A DNA stretch of 50,989 bases from an uncultured Ureaplasma sp. GTDB taxonomy: Bacteria > Bacillota_I > Bacilli_A > Mycoplasmatales > Mycoplasmoidaceae. Within the stretch, counting starts at the first letter, position 1; each line of letters opens with the position of its first letter. Shown here piece by piece: positions 36,005-47,429 of the stretch. The translations under genes and the position numbers were made by a program. Location of the stretch: the NCBI GenBank assembly GCA_949282435.1, contig CASDOM010000008.1, positions 1 to 50,989 on the forward strand. The letters run 5' to 3'. The notes under the pieces are model-generated. The model was not told the DNA's origin and ran no database searches. It saw only the letters and a program-made list of their open reading frames with translations.

Positions 36005-36715
36005 TTAAATAATATTTCCAACATTACTTACTACTCATTGAATATCTTCATCATCATCACATTGATCAATAAATCTATTTAATTTTGTTTCATCTTCTTC
36101 ACTAATATCAACTGTAGAGTTTGGAATTAATTTAATTTCTGAACTTAATATTTTAATGTTGTTATCATCTAATACTTTCTTAACATTAAAATAATCATTT
36201 GGATTTACCAATAATTCAAACGCAGTTTAATCTTGTTTTAAATCGATTATATTATTATCTAAAGTTAATTCTAAAATTTTATCTTCAGTTAAGTTATTTT
36301 TTTCTAATATAAATTGACCCATTTCATCAAATAAGATTTTTACTGAATTAGGTTTAGAAATTTCACCATGTAATTTAGAAAAATAGCCTCTAACATTGCT
36401 AACAGTACGTTGTTCATTATCAGTTAATGCTTTAACAATTATAGCTAAACCATTTGGACCGTATCCTTCATACATTACTTCTTTTAATACACTATTGTCT
36501 TTAATAGCTCCATTTATATTTCTATTAATTGAATCTCTACTTAAATTATTTTGTAATGCTCTTATAATAGCAGCTTTTAATCTTGGATTTGCTTCTGGAT
36601 TTGTTCCACCAACTTTAACAGCAGCTTTAATTTCATTGGCACATTTCATTCAAATTTTAGATTGTAATTGTTGTTTTTTGTTAATACCTGATGCAATTAA
36701 ATGTTTACGTGGCAT
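36005..36715 (-). pseudogene. yebC: YebC/PmpR family protein with one in-frame TAA (36227-36229)
   Basis: GGAGG SD; MPRKH...NPEANPRL...YEGYGPNG...TDNEQRT; homology continues in frame after TAA to DDDEDIQWVVSN. Confidence 0.8.
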
Positions 36716-36730
36716 AAAGTAACCTCCATT

Positions 36731-37186
36731 TTAAAATTTATACATTGGTTTGACATAATCATTACATTTAACAGAATATACATTAATAAAATTTTTAGGT
36801 AAAACATATATATGAACTAATTTATTAAAAGATAAATTAATGATATTATCTTTGTTACATGTATATGTTTCAATTACTTTGTATTGTAAATCAACAATAA
36901 TTAAATCAAAATTAAATGATCAATTAAAATTATTGAATTTATATAAATTAGTTAAAAAATAACATTCAAAATTATTAATATCATGTAATGGAGTTAATAA
37001 AGTTTGAATTTGAAAATCATTTTTTAATCAAATAATTTTAATTGGCGTTGATTCATTATTAATATGTAAATTATGTCTTAAATATTTTGTTTTTCTTTTT
37101 AAATAATTTCGAATACTATTTTGTTTAATTGTTTCAAGATCAAATGTTCTTTTTCACAAGTAAACAATAAAATCAATTAATTTCAC
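36731..37186 (-). CDS. 151-aa hypothetical protein, weak DUF192-like C-terminal pattern
   Basis: GTG 2 nt after rpsO stop; open in code 4; FDLIIVDLQYKVIE...YVLPKNFINVYSVKCNDYV. Confidence 0.6.
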
Positions 37187-37188
37187 AA

Positions 37189-37458
37189 TTAACCACGTAA
37201 ATTTAATTCTTTAATGATGTTTCTATAACGTTCAATATCATTTCTTTCAAGGTATGCCAATAATTTTTTTCTTTGAGCAACTTTTTGATACAACCCAGAT
37301 TTAGAAATCATATCTTTTTTATTCTCAATCAAATGTTTTGTTAAACGAGTTATAACTACAGTTAAAATAGCAATTTGAACTTCAGTTTTACCAGTGTTTT
37401 TTTCATTACCACCAAATTTTTTAATTATACTTAATTTATATTCTTTTGAAATAGACAT
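37189..37458 (-). CDS. rpsO: 30S ribosomal protein S15
   Basis: AAGGAG SD; [30 protein letters not shown]. Confidence 0.97.
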   Translation of the reverse strand: MSISKEYKLSIIKKFGGNEKNTGKTEVQIAILTVVITRLTKHLIENKKDMISKSGLYQKVAQRKKLLAYLERNDIERYRNIIKELNLRG

Positions 37459-37492
37459 ATTTTATTTCTCCTTTTTATTATGTTATATAAAA

Positions 37493-37540
37493 ATTAATAC
37501 TTTGATAAATTTTGGAGACAAATATCACCAATGTATTAAT
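37493..37540 (-). promoter_or_regulatory. long hairpin in rpsO 5' UTR, putative S15 autoregulatory leader
   Basis: ATTAATAC/GTATTAAT, TTGGTGA/TTATCAA and TTTG/CAAA stacked stems; TATAAT at 37554-37559 on the minus strand. Confidence 0.55.
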
Positions 37541-37665
37541 AACAAACATGTATATTATAATAGATATTTATATTTTTCAATTGTTAAATTTATTTTTGTG
37601 ACTAATTTATATGATTTAAAAATATAAAGTAATAAAGTTGTTAATAGATCAATTTACTTATTTAC

Positions 37666-37733
37666 TCAATGTAACAATTAATAGTTTTTTCTAGATGTTG
37701 ACTTATCCAGAAAGATTATGCATTAAACATTAA
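37666..37733 (-). ncRNA. candidate structured small RNA or distal leader
   Basis: Three nested stems starting about 7 nt after TGATATAAT (37741-37749, minus strand); no ORF. Confidence 0.3.
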
Positions 37734-37753
37734 AAATTGAATTATATCATTAG

Positions 37754-38809
37754 TTAAATTTTATGTAATTGAGATCAATCTAATTTTTTTCTACCTACTT
37801 TTGATTCTAGTTGACCATTTATTTCTACTAAATCAGCACTAATATGAACACTATTTGTTAGAAAATAACTTCCAATTCCATATACATCAATTGGGGTATT
37901 TAATTGTTTAAACATTTCAATTGATTTGTTATCAATCCCACTACTAACTATAATTTTAATGTCTTTAAAATTATTATTATCTAATCAATTTCTAACTAAC
38001 ATTACTAATTCGTGATTAACCCCGTTTTTATTAATATTGTTTGTATTAATTAATGATTTATCAATATTATTTTTTGATGTATCAATCCTTACAGCATATA
38101 CTAGATTTAAAACGTTTTTTATTTTTTCTAATTCACCTATTACATCATTGTGATAATCAATTAAAGCAACTGTTTTTGTTTTATAAATATGATAATAATC
38201 AATTATTGTTTGTTTTAAATCTCCATAATGATTTTGAATTAAAGAATGAGGTATAGTACCAGTTACTATTGCATTTTTATCAAATTTAAATAATTCTATT
38301 TGAGCATCAGTAACAAATTTATTTATTCCTACCATATATGCGGGGTATGCATCATATTGTTGATTAAAATATGAATCAGTACGATCAGCCATAAATATTA
38401 TTTCTTGATTTTTGTTTAACAACTTTACACAATTGTATACATTGGTTGCAACGCTGCTTCTTTTTGCTAATATCCCATCAATAATATTTTCAAACATACA
38501 AAATAATTTATATGGTCCCTCAATTATCATTAACGGAGTATTTTGATTAATAATTGTTCCATCATTTACACACTTTATGGTTATTTTATTAAAATTTTTT
38601 GAAAGAACAAATTTTAACAATTGAATAGATTCATTAATTCCACATACAACAATTGGATCGGCAGAAAAGTTAATAAATTGCATTGCTACAATATCATTTT
38701 TTGATGCAATTATTTTAGCCGTTTTTAAAAAATAATTAGTTGAAAAATAGTTTTTTTTTAACTTTTTGTCAAATTTAAATTTGATATTTTTAATTGTCGA
38801 CACTTTCAT
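37754..38809 (-). CDS. pncB: nicotinate phosphoribosyltransferase
   Basis: YFSTNYFLKT, FENIIDGIL, MADR, GTIPHSLIQ, AVRIDTS, IIVSSG, YGIGS, SKVGR. Confidence 0.85.
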
Positions 38810-39314
38810 TTTGTGATTCCTTAATTACAATTTGGTTATTAAAAGGATAAATTTGCTTATATGAAATTATAAATAATATTATTGAACAAATAAAATTATT
38901 AAAAATAAAAATCAATGACATTCATAAAGTAATTGATAAAGACACATCAAAATTTAACATGTTATTAATGGTATTGTTAACATATTGTGTTTTTAAAAAA
39001 TGAACTAAAATGGGTAATACAATTAAGTTTATTGTTAATAAATATAAACATAAATAAAATTTTCAACTATAAACAAAATCAATTTTATTTTTATATAAAT
39101 TACTAATTATATATATCAATAAAAAAATGATAGCAAATATATCTAAAATGATAAATCCAGCATTTAAAATTAATGTTGTATTTTTACTATTTATAACACT
39201 TAATATTACATCTAACAAAATTCCAAAGCAAAATAAAAAATATAAAAATAAAATTCAAATATTATATTTGTGCAATTGATTTAGAATTTTATTTATTTTT
39301 ATGTTTTTAATCAT
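38790..39314 (-). CDS. 174-aa hypothetical membrane protein (about 4 TM)
   Basis: Open in code 4 between feoB and pncB; four hydrophobic stretches; overlaps pncB start. Confidence 0.65.
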
Positions 39315-39333
39315 ATAAATAAATTATATTAAA

Positions 39334-41706
39334 TTAAGCATAGACGAAGCAAAAAACTAATACTAATATACACGTTAATATACATAAAAATAATGCTATT
39401 CAATTGCCCATATATACATTTTTGTATTGCAAATATTTTATAGGTTTATTTTTGTTTTTTAATATTCATAAGTGACCATTAGTAATTATCATATATATAA
39501 ATATGATTGCAAATAATATTCATGAAATAATTATTAATGCATTATTTATTAGATGTGGTTTTAATGCTAGCAATTCAATACTACCAATTCCACAAAATGC
39601 AAATAAACTTAATATATATGCAACTGCAAATGTACTTATCATATGTATTATTAAATTTTTATATCCACCTTCTTTTTTCAATACTACTATTGTTGCAATA
39701 CAAGGAGTGTAAAATGAAAACATTAATACATATGATATTATTGTAGCAATAGGTAAATGTATTGTTGAATTAGGGCCAAACATAACATTATAAAATGTAT
39801 TATTGTTAACATTGAAAGTTGAATCTAAAACACTAGCAGCAATTTCTTTTGCAGGAGCAGCAGCAATTAATGAAGTAGCCAAACGATAATCCTGACCAAT
39901 ACCTATTGGATAAAATATATATTGAAATACTAAAGATATATATTGTAAAAAAGTTGCATTTTTTAAATTTATACTACTATTGGTTAATTCATTAGGATTT
40001 ACAACTAAGCCTAATGTAGGAGAAATATAATTTAACAGAAAAATAATTAAATTAACAATAAATACAATTGTTAAAACTCTTTTTAAAAAATCTATTATTT
40101 CAAATAAGGTTTTTTTTAACACAACTAGTATATTAATTGATCTTCATTTCGATATTTCAGTTAACATAAAAGTATTTTTTGATCTAAATAGTGTAGATGA
40201 AAATATTAACCCCATTAAAAGAGCGACTAGACCACTTAATATTGTAAATCCAATTCCAATTAATCATGTATATGAATTATTAGTAATAAATTGTTGAGCA
40301 ATTCAAATAAATACTACTAATCTTGCGCTACATGAAATAAATGGAGAAATTAAAATTATGATGGTTCTTTCTTTAAATGAATGCGCATTTCTAGCCATCA
40401 TTATAGACGGAACATTGCATCCTGTGGCAGCTATTAAAGTTATAATACTTCTTCCACTTAAACCAAATTTTGATAATTTATTATCTAACAATAATGATAT
40501 TCTACTTAAATATCCAGTTTGTTCAATACAATATATTAGTGTAAACATGATTATTATATATGGTAAAAATCCTAAAACCGTAAATATTCCACCCAATATT
40601 CCATCACTTACAAATAATTGTAATCATTGTTGAGTATTAGATGCACTTGGCATTGAATTAGAAATTAGTTCTTGAATTTTTTCTAATAATCCAGTTCATT
40701 GTTCATTTATATATCCACCGGCATAATTACCAAATGTTAAATAATAAATAACAAATATTACTAAAATAAATGAAATAATTCCAATTCATGGATTTAATAA
40801 TCATTTATCTACTTTATTTAAAAATTGATTTTTATGATTAATTTTATTGTTAGTTTTTTTAATAAAAGCAAAATTATACAAATCCTCAATATATTTGTTT
40901 CTAATTTCTCTAATATTTTTTTGTATGATATTTAAATCATATGATTTTAATAATTCATCTAATTTATTTTTATAATTTTGATTTGATAAAAGATTATGAA
41001 TTATATAATTACCTTCCAAATATTGAATAGCTAAAAACCTTGTATTTAAATTTGTACAAATATCACACAGTATTTGTTCAATATTTGAAATTAATTGTTC
41101 AACATCTTCAGTATATTTAAGTTTAAATAAATTATTTGAATTACTAGATGTATTAATTAATTGATTAATACTTGCTTTAACACCAATATTTTTAGTGGCG
41201 GATGTTAATGTTACAGGTACTTTTAGTTTTCTTGATAAATTAAATACAGAAACATTATAATCATTTAACTCATCAATCATATTAATACAAATTTCATTTA
41301 AAATATTTGCTTCTAACAATTGAATTGTCAAATGCATATCTCTTTTAAATGATGATGCACCAATTATATTAATTGCACCTAAGTAATTTTTATTTAAGAT
41401 AGTGTTTATAACTATTTCTTCATCTTTTGTTGTAGGTAATAAAGAATAAACTCCGGGCAAATCAATAATATTAATTGTTGAGTTTTGTCTTAATGTTCCT
41501 TTTTTTAAATTGACAGTTATTCTATCAATATTACCAACAGGAGAATTAGACCATGTTATTTTGTTAAAATATGTAGATTTTCCAACATTTGGATTACCTA
41601 CTAGTAAATAGTTTTCTTTTATTTTATGATTGAATAAGTTTTGTAGCTTAAAACCTTTATTTTTATTATTGATTGTTACATCATTAAATGAGTGACACGA
41701 AGACAT
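39334..41706 (-). CDS. feoB: ferrous iron transporter B
   Basis: GNPNVGKS, DLPGVYSL, NMID, EQTGYLSR, GCNVP, PFISCSARL, AKE, YTPCIAT. Confidence 0.95.
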
Positions 41707-41709
41707 TTA

Positions 41710-41943
41710 TTAATTATATTTCTTCACAATAATGTTAGAAGCATCTTTTTTTCTAATTCCATACTTAACATTATTGATTTCAAAAATTACAATATTTTTA
41801 ACATTTTTATTTTCTAAAACTTTAATTTTAGAATCAACATTTAAACCAATTACGGATAATTTTTTTGTAATTTCATTAGGTAATGAAATCGATTCAATTA
41901 TTACATCACCAATGATACTATTATCTGATAATGATTTTAACAT
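41710..41943 (-). CDS. feoA: ferrous iron transport protein A
   Basis: 77 aa, KKLSVIGL...KYGIRKKDASNIIV; immediately upstream of feoB. Confidence 0.85.
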   Translation of the reverse strand: MLKSLSDNSIIGDVIIESISLPNEITKKLSVIGLNVDSKIKVLENKNVKNIVIFEINNVKYGIRKKDASNIIVKKYN

Positions 41944-41957
41944 AATATTACTTTCTT

Positions 41958-42533
41958 CTAATAATTTGCTGTTTCTAACTCTAATTCAATTTTATTTTTT
42001 GTTTTTTCGTCACCAATTTCACCAACTAATGAAAGTGCAAATTGAGGCAATTGTCAATATCCTAATACTGAAATTACATTATTGTGAATAATTACTTCTT
42101 CATTAATGTTTTTATTAATGTTAAATTCATCATCATAACCTGCAAATCTTATTTGATTTAATGGAGAATAATATTTATAAATTTGTGCTGAATCAAAAGT
42201 AAATAATAAATATTTATTTTGATTAGCTGAAAAATCTTTAATAGCTTTAGCTAATTTATCACTTCCTAAATTGTTTTTTACTGGTCAATTTTCTTTTAAG
42301 AATCTATTTAAGCCTTTTCCACCAGGAATATAAAGAACATGATATTGGGAAATGTTTACAGTTTCAAAAGTATGATTACAACTTATTTTGACCCCACTTT
42401 CTAAAATTACTGAGTTCTTTTTTTCAATAGAAATTAGATCAACAATAAATTTAGCTTTTCTTCATATTGATACAGGAATAAATAAATCAACATCCTTTAA
42501 TTCATTTGATAGTAATATTGCAATTTTTTTCAT
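41958..42533 (-). CDS. DJ-1/PfpI family protein lacking the nucleophile Cys
   Basis: MKKIAILL, WRKA, YHVLYIPGGKG, VIIHNNVIS, FALSLV; missed by the ORF track because of TGA. Confidence 0.75.
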
Positions 42534-42545
42534 ATCATCACTTTC

Positions 42546-42923
42546 TTATATTTTGTTTATTTCATTACATAAAAAAATGTATAAATTACGATAATGAGAA
42601 ATAGTAGAGACAGGTTTAAATTTAAATTTAATTTGTTCAGGATGTAAAGACTTATATGTTAAACAATTTCCTTGTGATTTCTTTTTTACAATAAATTGAT
42701 ATGTTCAATTAATTTTAAAAATTTGATTTAAATCTACATCATTAAAGTCTGTTATGTCATTATAGTAACAAACATATGATTGATTATTTTTGATACCAAT
42801 GGCTTCAATATACTTATTGTGTATTTTAGTTACTTTTGCATCAATAATCAATGGTTTATTACCTTTTAATAACTCATTCTTTTTATGTAAAAACATTTTT
42901 TTAAATAGTTCATTTCTTTTCAT
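42546..42923 (-). CDS. small S1-like RNA-binding domain protein
   Basis: AKVTKIH...DITDF...LNQIFKIN...LTYKSLHP pattern of small mollicute S1 proteins. Confidence 0.5.
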
Positions 42924-43009
42924 TATTTAACAAAATACTAAATTAAAATAAATATTTCTAACTTATTTAATTGTATAATAAAACATATATAAATTGCAAG
43001 GTAGTTATT

Positions 43010-43555
43010 ATGAAATTAGATGTAGTTATTGAAATTCCAAAAAATAGTAATGTTAAATATGAATATAACCGTAAAGATGGAACAATTTGTGTTGATAGAA
43101 TCTTATATGGTTCAGATGTGTACCCACAAAATTATGGATTTATTCCTGGTGCATTAGATTGAGATGGTGATGAATTAGATGTATTAGTTTTTGCTAATCA
43201 ATCTTTTCAACCTGGAATTAAAGTTCCAACAAGAATTATTGGTGCTATGGAAATGGTTGATAGCGGTGAAACTGACACAAAATTGTTAGGTGTTATTGAT
43301 TGTGATCCAAGATTTAATTATATTAATGATATCAATGATATTAATCAACACTATTTAGATGAAATTAAAAACTTTTTTGAAAATTATAAAAATTTACAAC
43401 ACAAAAAAGTAATTGTAAAAGGATTTAGAAATAAAGATTGAGCAATTAAAGAATATAATGAATGTGTTGAATTAATGAATAAATATGGTTCATTATCAAG
43501 TGAAGAATTTGTAAAAAAAATGCAAAAAGAACACCCTGAAAAATATGAAAAATAG
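43010..43555 (+). CDS. ppa: family I inorganic pyrophosphatase
   Basis: [40 protein letters not shown]. Confidence 0.96.
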
Positions 43556-44120
43556 TACCAATTCTATTTTTTTAAATAAAGTTCTATTTAATAAATTAAT
43601 TTTAAAAATGAAAAATGAAAAGGCAAAAAAATATTTTTTGTCTTTATTTTTAGTTAAAAACATTTTAATTAAATTACTTTTAATGGTATTATTTTCAGTA
43701 ATTATTTTTCCATTATGTTTTGGAATTAGAGAATATTATTTAATTTATAATCCTAATTCAATTGTATTGAATTCTGGAATAGCTTTTTCTCAATTTGAAA
43801 ATGCATCCCCAATAGTTGTTTATTTTATTCAAATATTACCAATTGTAGCTAGTTTTATCATTATGTTATTTTTGGTTCACCCACTTACTTATATTGGTTT
43901 AATCATATTATTATTAAGTGGATTATGTAATGTAATTGATAGAGCATTAGGTGGAACTTTAATTATCAATAATGTAACTGTTGATCTATTAGATAAAGTG
44001 ATTGATTATATCAAAATTGGAACATCAGTATGTAATGTGCCAGATATATTAGTAATTAGTGGGTCTGTATTGATTGTAATTGGTACGTTATTTTATTTTG
44101 TAAAATATTATAATAAATAA
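43545..44120 (+). CDS. lspA: lipoprotein signal peptidase (alternative ATG at 43608)
   Basis: [25 protein letters not shown]; near rluD. Confidence 0.85.
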   Translation: MKNSTNSIFLNKVLFNKLILKMKNEKAKKYFLSLFLVKNILIKLLLMVLFSVIIFPLCFGIREYYLIYNPNSIVLNSGIAFSQFENASPIVVYFIQILPIVASFIIMLFLVHPLTYIGLIILLLSGLCNVIDRALGGTLIINNVTVDLLDKVIDYIKIGTSVCNVPDILVISGSVLIVIGTLFYFVKYYNK

Positions 44121-44124
44121 TACT

Positions 44125-44964
44125 ATGAATGATTGTGTAATTGCAAACAAAAATATTACTAGTATTTTAAATCAAGATAAATTAAAAAAAATTACAATAG
44201 GTAATTATTATTCTCAAGATCGTTTTTATTCTTTAATTAATGAATATATGGATAAAAACATTTCATATGTTTCTAAACCAATTGCAATAATCATTAAATA
44301 TTTGTTTAATTCATCTAATTACAAACACAATCATAATGATTCTAAACTTATTTCACGTTGAATATTTTTCATTAATCTTTGATTTTTATTTTGTATATTA
44401 GGATTTGTAGGTATGTTAATATCAGTTGTTTGCATCACCGGTATTAATGCAAAAGATATTATTAATAACAATTTATCAACTAATATTTCTATATCTACAC
44501 TAAATGCATGAGGTGAGGCATTTATTAATAACATGAACAAAAATATTGTTATGTTAGTTTTTGCAACTATTTTTTTATCTTTTACAATGCTTTGGTTTAT
44601 TGTTTGATTTTTTATTAAAAGAAAAAATAAAACATTAACTTTACAAAGTTATGTAGAAAAAAAGATTAATTTTATTTATAGTTGCAAATATTTATTTAAT
44701 TCCATATCAACAACTAAATCTAATTTTTATAAAACTATTAATAAAAATGAAATGAAAATTGATTTAATATATTTAGAAAATGTTAATTTAAATACCAATG
44801 AATCTGTTCAATGGTTAAATTTACAATTATTAAATTTATTAAGTGGTATTTTTGTCAATTTTAATTTAATTTTAGGTTTTAACAATTTAAATGAATTGGA
44901 TTATTATAAAATTAAACAAATTATTGAATTTGACTTTAAAAATCTTAATATATTAAAAATATAA
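44125..44964 (+). CDS. 279-aa hypothetical membrane protein (2 central TM)
   Basis: Single frame in code 4 between lspA and rluD. Confidence 0.7.
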
Positions 44965-44966
44965 TT

Positions 44967-45911
44967 ATGAATGACATTAAGTTAATTGTAAAAGATGTTT
45001 TAGATGAAATACGTATTGATAAATATATTAGCAATAATACAAATTTATCACGTACTTTAATTAATGAATTGATCTCTAAACAACAAATATTATTAAATAA
45101 TCGAATTGTAAAAAAAAATTTTAAAGTCAAAAATTCTGATGTTATATGTATACATAATAATGAATTAAATCATTATAAAGAAAATACAATTGAATTAATT
45201 GAACCAAATCCTTTTTTAAATATTCCAATTGTGTATGAAGATCAATATTTATTAATAATCAACAAACCAAATAATATTTTAATGTATCCAACTAGTTATC
45301 ATGAACAAAACACAATTGCTAATTGATTACTATATTATTTTAATGCTCACAAAATTTTTGAGGATGCACATTTGTTTCGTTATGGAATTGTTCATAGATT
45401 GGACAGATTTACAACTGGATTACTAATAATTGGTAAATCTTCATTAGTATGTGAAAAATTAATTAATATGTTTAATAATCATTCGATTGTTAAAAAATAT
45501 TTATGTATTGTTCATAATTGTTTTAATCAAAATGATTTTCATTTCAAAATTGATGTACCAATTGGCAGAAGTAATGAACCCAAGCTTAAAATGATTCCAT
45601 ATTCCAAAAAAGATTTAAAACAAGCCATTACAATTGTTAATGTAATTAACAATATTGGTAATAAATATGCATTGGTAGAATGTGAATTAATTACAGGACG
45701 AACTCACCAAATTAGAACTCATATGAAATATGTTAATCATCCTATCTATAATGATCCATTATATGGACCAAAAACAAAATGTAGTTCATATAATCAATAT
45801 TTGCATTGTTACAAATTAAGCTTTAATCATCCTATTACAAATGAATTTATTGATATCAAAATAGATATACCAGAGGAATTTAACTATTTTATTAATAAAA
45901 AACATTTATAA
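44967..45911 (+). CDS. rluD: RluA/RluD family pseudouridine synthase
   Basis: S4 RIDKYI, INKP, GIVHRLDRFTTGL, TGRTHQIR, LH motif. Confidence 0.92.
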
Positions 45912-45930
45912 TATGATTTTAAATTTTTAA

Positions 45931-47397
45931 TTAATGAATTATTAAAGTTAATAAACCAATTCCGATAGCAAATAAAATTGAAGTACTACAAACATCAATT
46001 GTTGTTGCAATTAATGGTGAAGACATAACTGTTGGATCAAACTTTAATTTTGTAGCAATTAATGGTAAGATTGAACCTAATAATTTAGATAATATTACTG
46101 CAATTCATAATGCAATACTACTTGCAAGAGATGCTAACATTGCTATAGCATAATTGTTAGTGATTGTTAGATGTCCTATTGCATCTGTATGACTTATATC
46201 TCTAAATTCAGGCACTGCAAAATATATTGCTAACCTAATAATATTAAATACAGCTAATAATGCACCTAACACAACTCCTGTATTAAACTCTTTTAAAATA
46301 ACTTTTTTATATTCTTTAGGCGTGACCTCCCCAACAGCTAATGCCCGAATAATAGTTGCTGAAGCCTGCGATCCAGTATTACCTGATGTACCTGTAATTA
46401 CAGGAATAATTGGAATTAATAAAATTGTTGATAACCCTAGTGTAACATTAATACCTCAATTTTCAAATCTATTGATAACAATAGATGTTAATGTTGCACT
46501 TATCATTAGAATGGAAACCCATAGTAATCTTGATTTAACTACTGATCATAAATTAGATTTTAAATAACTTTTTTCAAGTTTTTGAATCCCATACATATGG
46601 TAGATATCTTCAGTAGTTTCTTCATCAATTGCAGGCAAAATATCGTTATCATTAATTACCCCAACTAATACATCATTTTCATTTAATACAGGAACAGATT
46701 CTAAGTTATAGTCTTGGATAATATTAATAATGTTTTCAATATCATCATTAGCATGAACATAAATGATATTTTGATCCATTATTTTATCGACAGTTAATGA
46801 ATAATCATCAGCAAAAAATAAAGTTTGTAATTGTACATGACCAACTAGCTTCATATCTGAACTAACGATAAAAAATGATAAATTTTTTTCTATTTGATCA
46901 TATGATTTTTTATATAGATCAATACATTCTTTAATAGTATAGTTTTCATTAAAGGCAATATAATCAGGATTCATAATTGATCCTGCAACATCATTATCAA
47001 AATTAGAAATTTGTTTAATTAACGTTCTTTGTTTAGAAGAAATTGATAATAAGATTTTTTTAAACAAATCATTATTTTTGTTTGCAATATCTAATATTTC
47101 ATCAGGATATAAATGTTTAAAAATGATTTTAAGTTGTTCGTTAGTACTTTGTTCAATTATTAATCTTTGCAAATTATCAGAAAAATATCTAAACATATTA
47201 TTGTTGTTTTTAGTTGAGCTTAAAGTTATTAATATAAAAATAACAATATCAATATTATCAATGTGTTCCATTGCTTGATTAATAATGTTAATTTGATTTT
47301 TTTTAAATAATCTTTGAATTGCTAAAATATTTTTTGAAAAATAATATTTTTGCAATAATGTTGATAGTTGAATGATTTTATTTTTATTATTTTTCAT
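45931..47397 (-). CDS. mgtE: magnesium transporter MgtE
   Basis: AGSIM, CBS pair, GTSGNTGSQAS, IIRALA, DPTVMSSPLIATTIDV. Confidence 0.93.
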
Positions 47398-47429
47398 TTC
47401 ACTATTCCTCGTTAATAAACATATATATG

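Noticed and set aside
44125-44964. KAP-NTPase-like layout (two central TM segments, then LIYLENVN)
   Set aside because: No Walker A trace; the resemblance is too weak to call
46341-46352. Possible CGG or AGG reassignment, as in some low-GC Bacilli and mollicutes
   Set aside because: CGG encodes the conserved Arg of MgtE IRALA and AGG the Arg of ThrS YWRGD; few instances, but both read as Arg
4111-47278. Antisense and alternate-frame ORFs in the track (e.g. 4111-4344, 5115-5366, 10358-10795, 15260-15448, 21607-21891, 36396-36722, 41732-42091, 46322-46567)
   Set aside because: They overlap well-supported genes, lack motifs and show shadow-ORF composition
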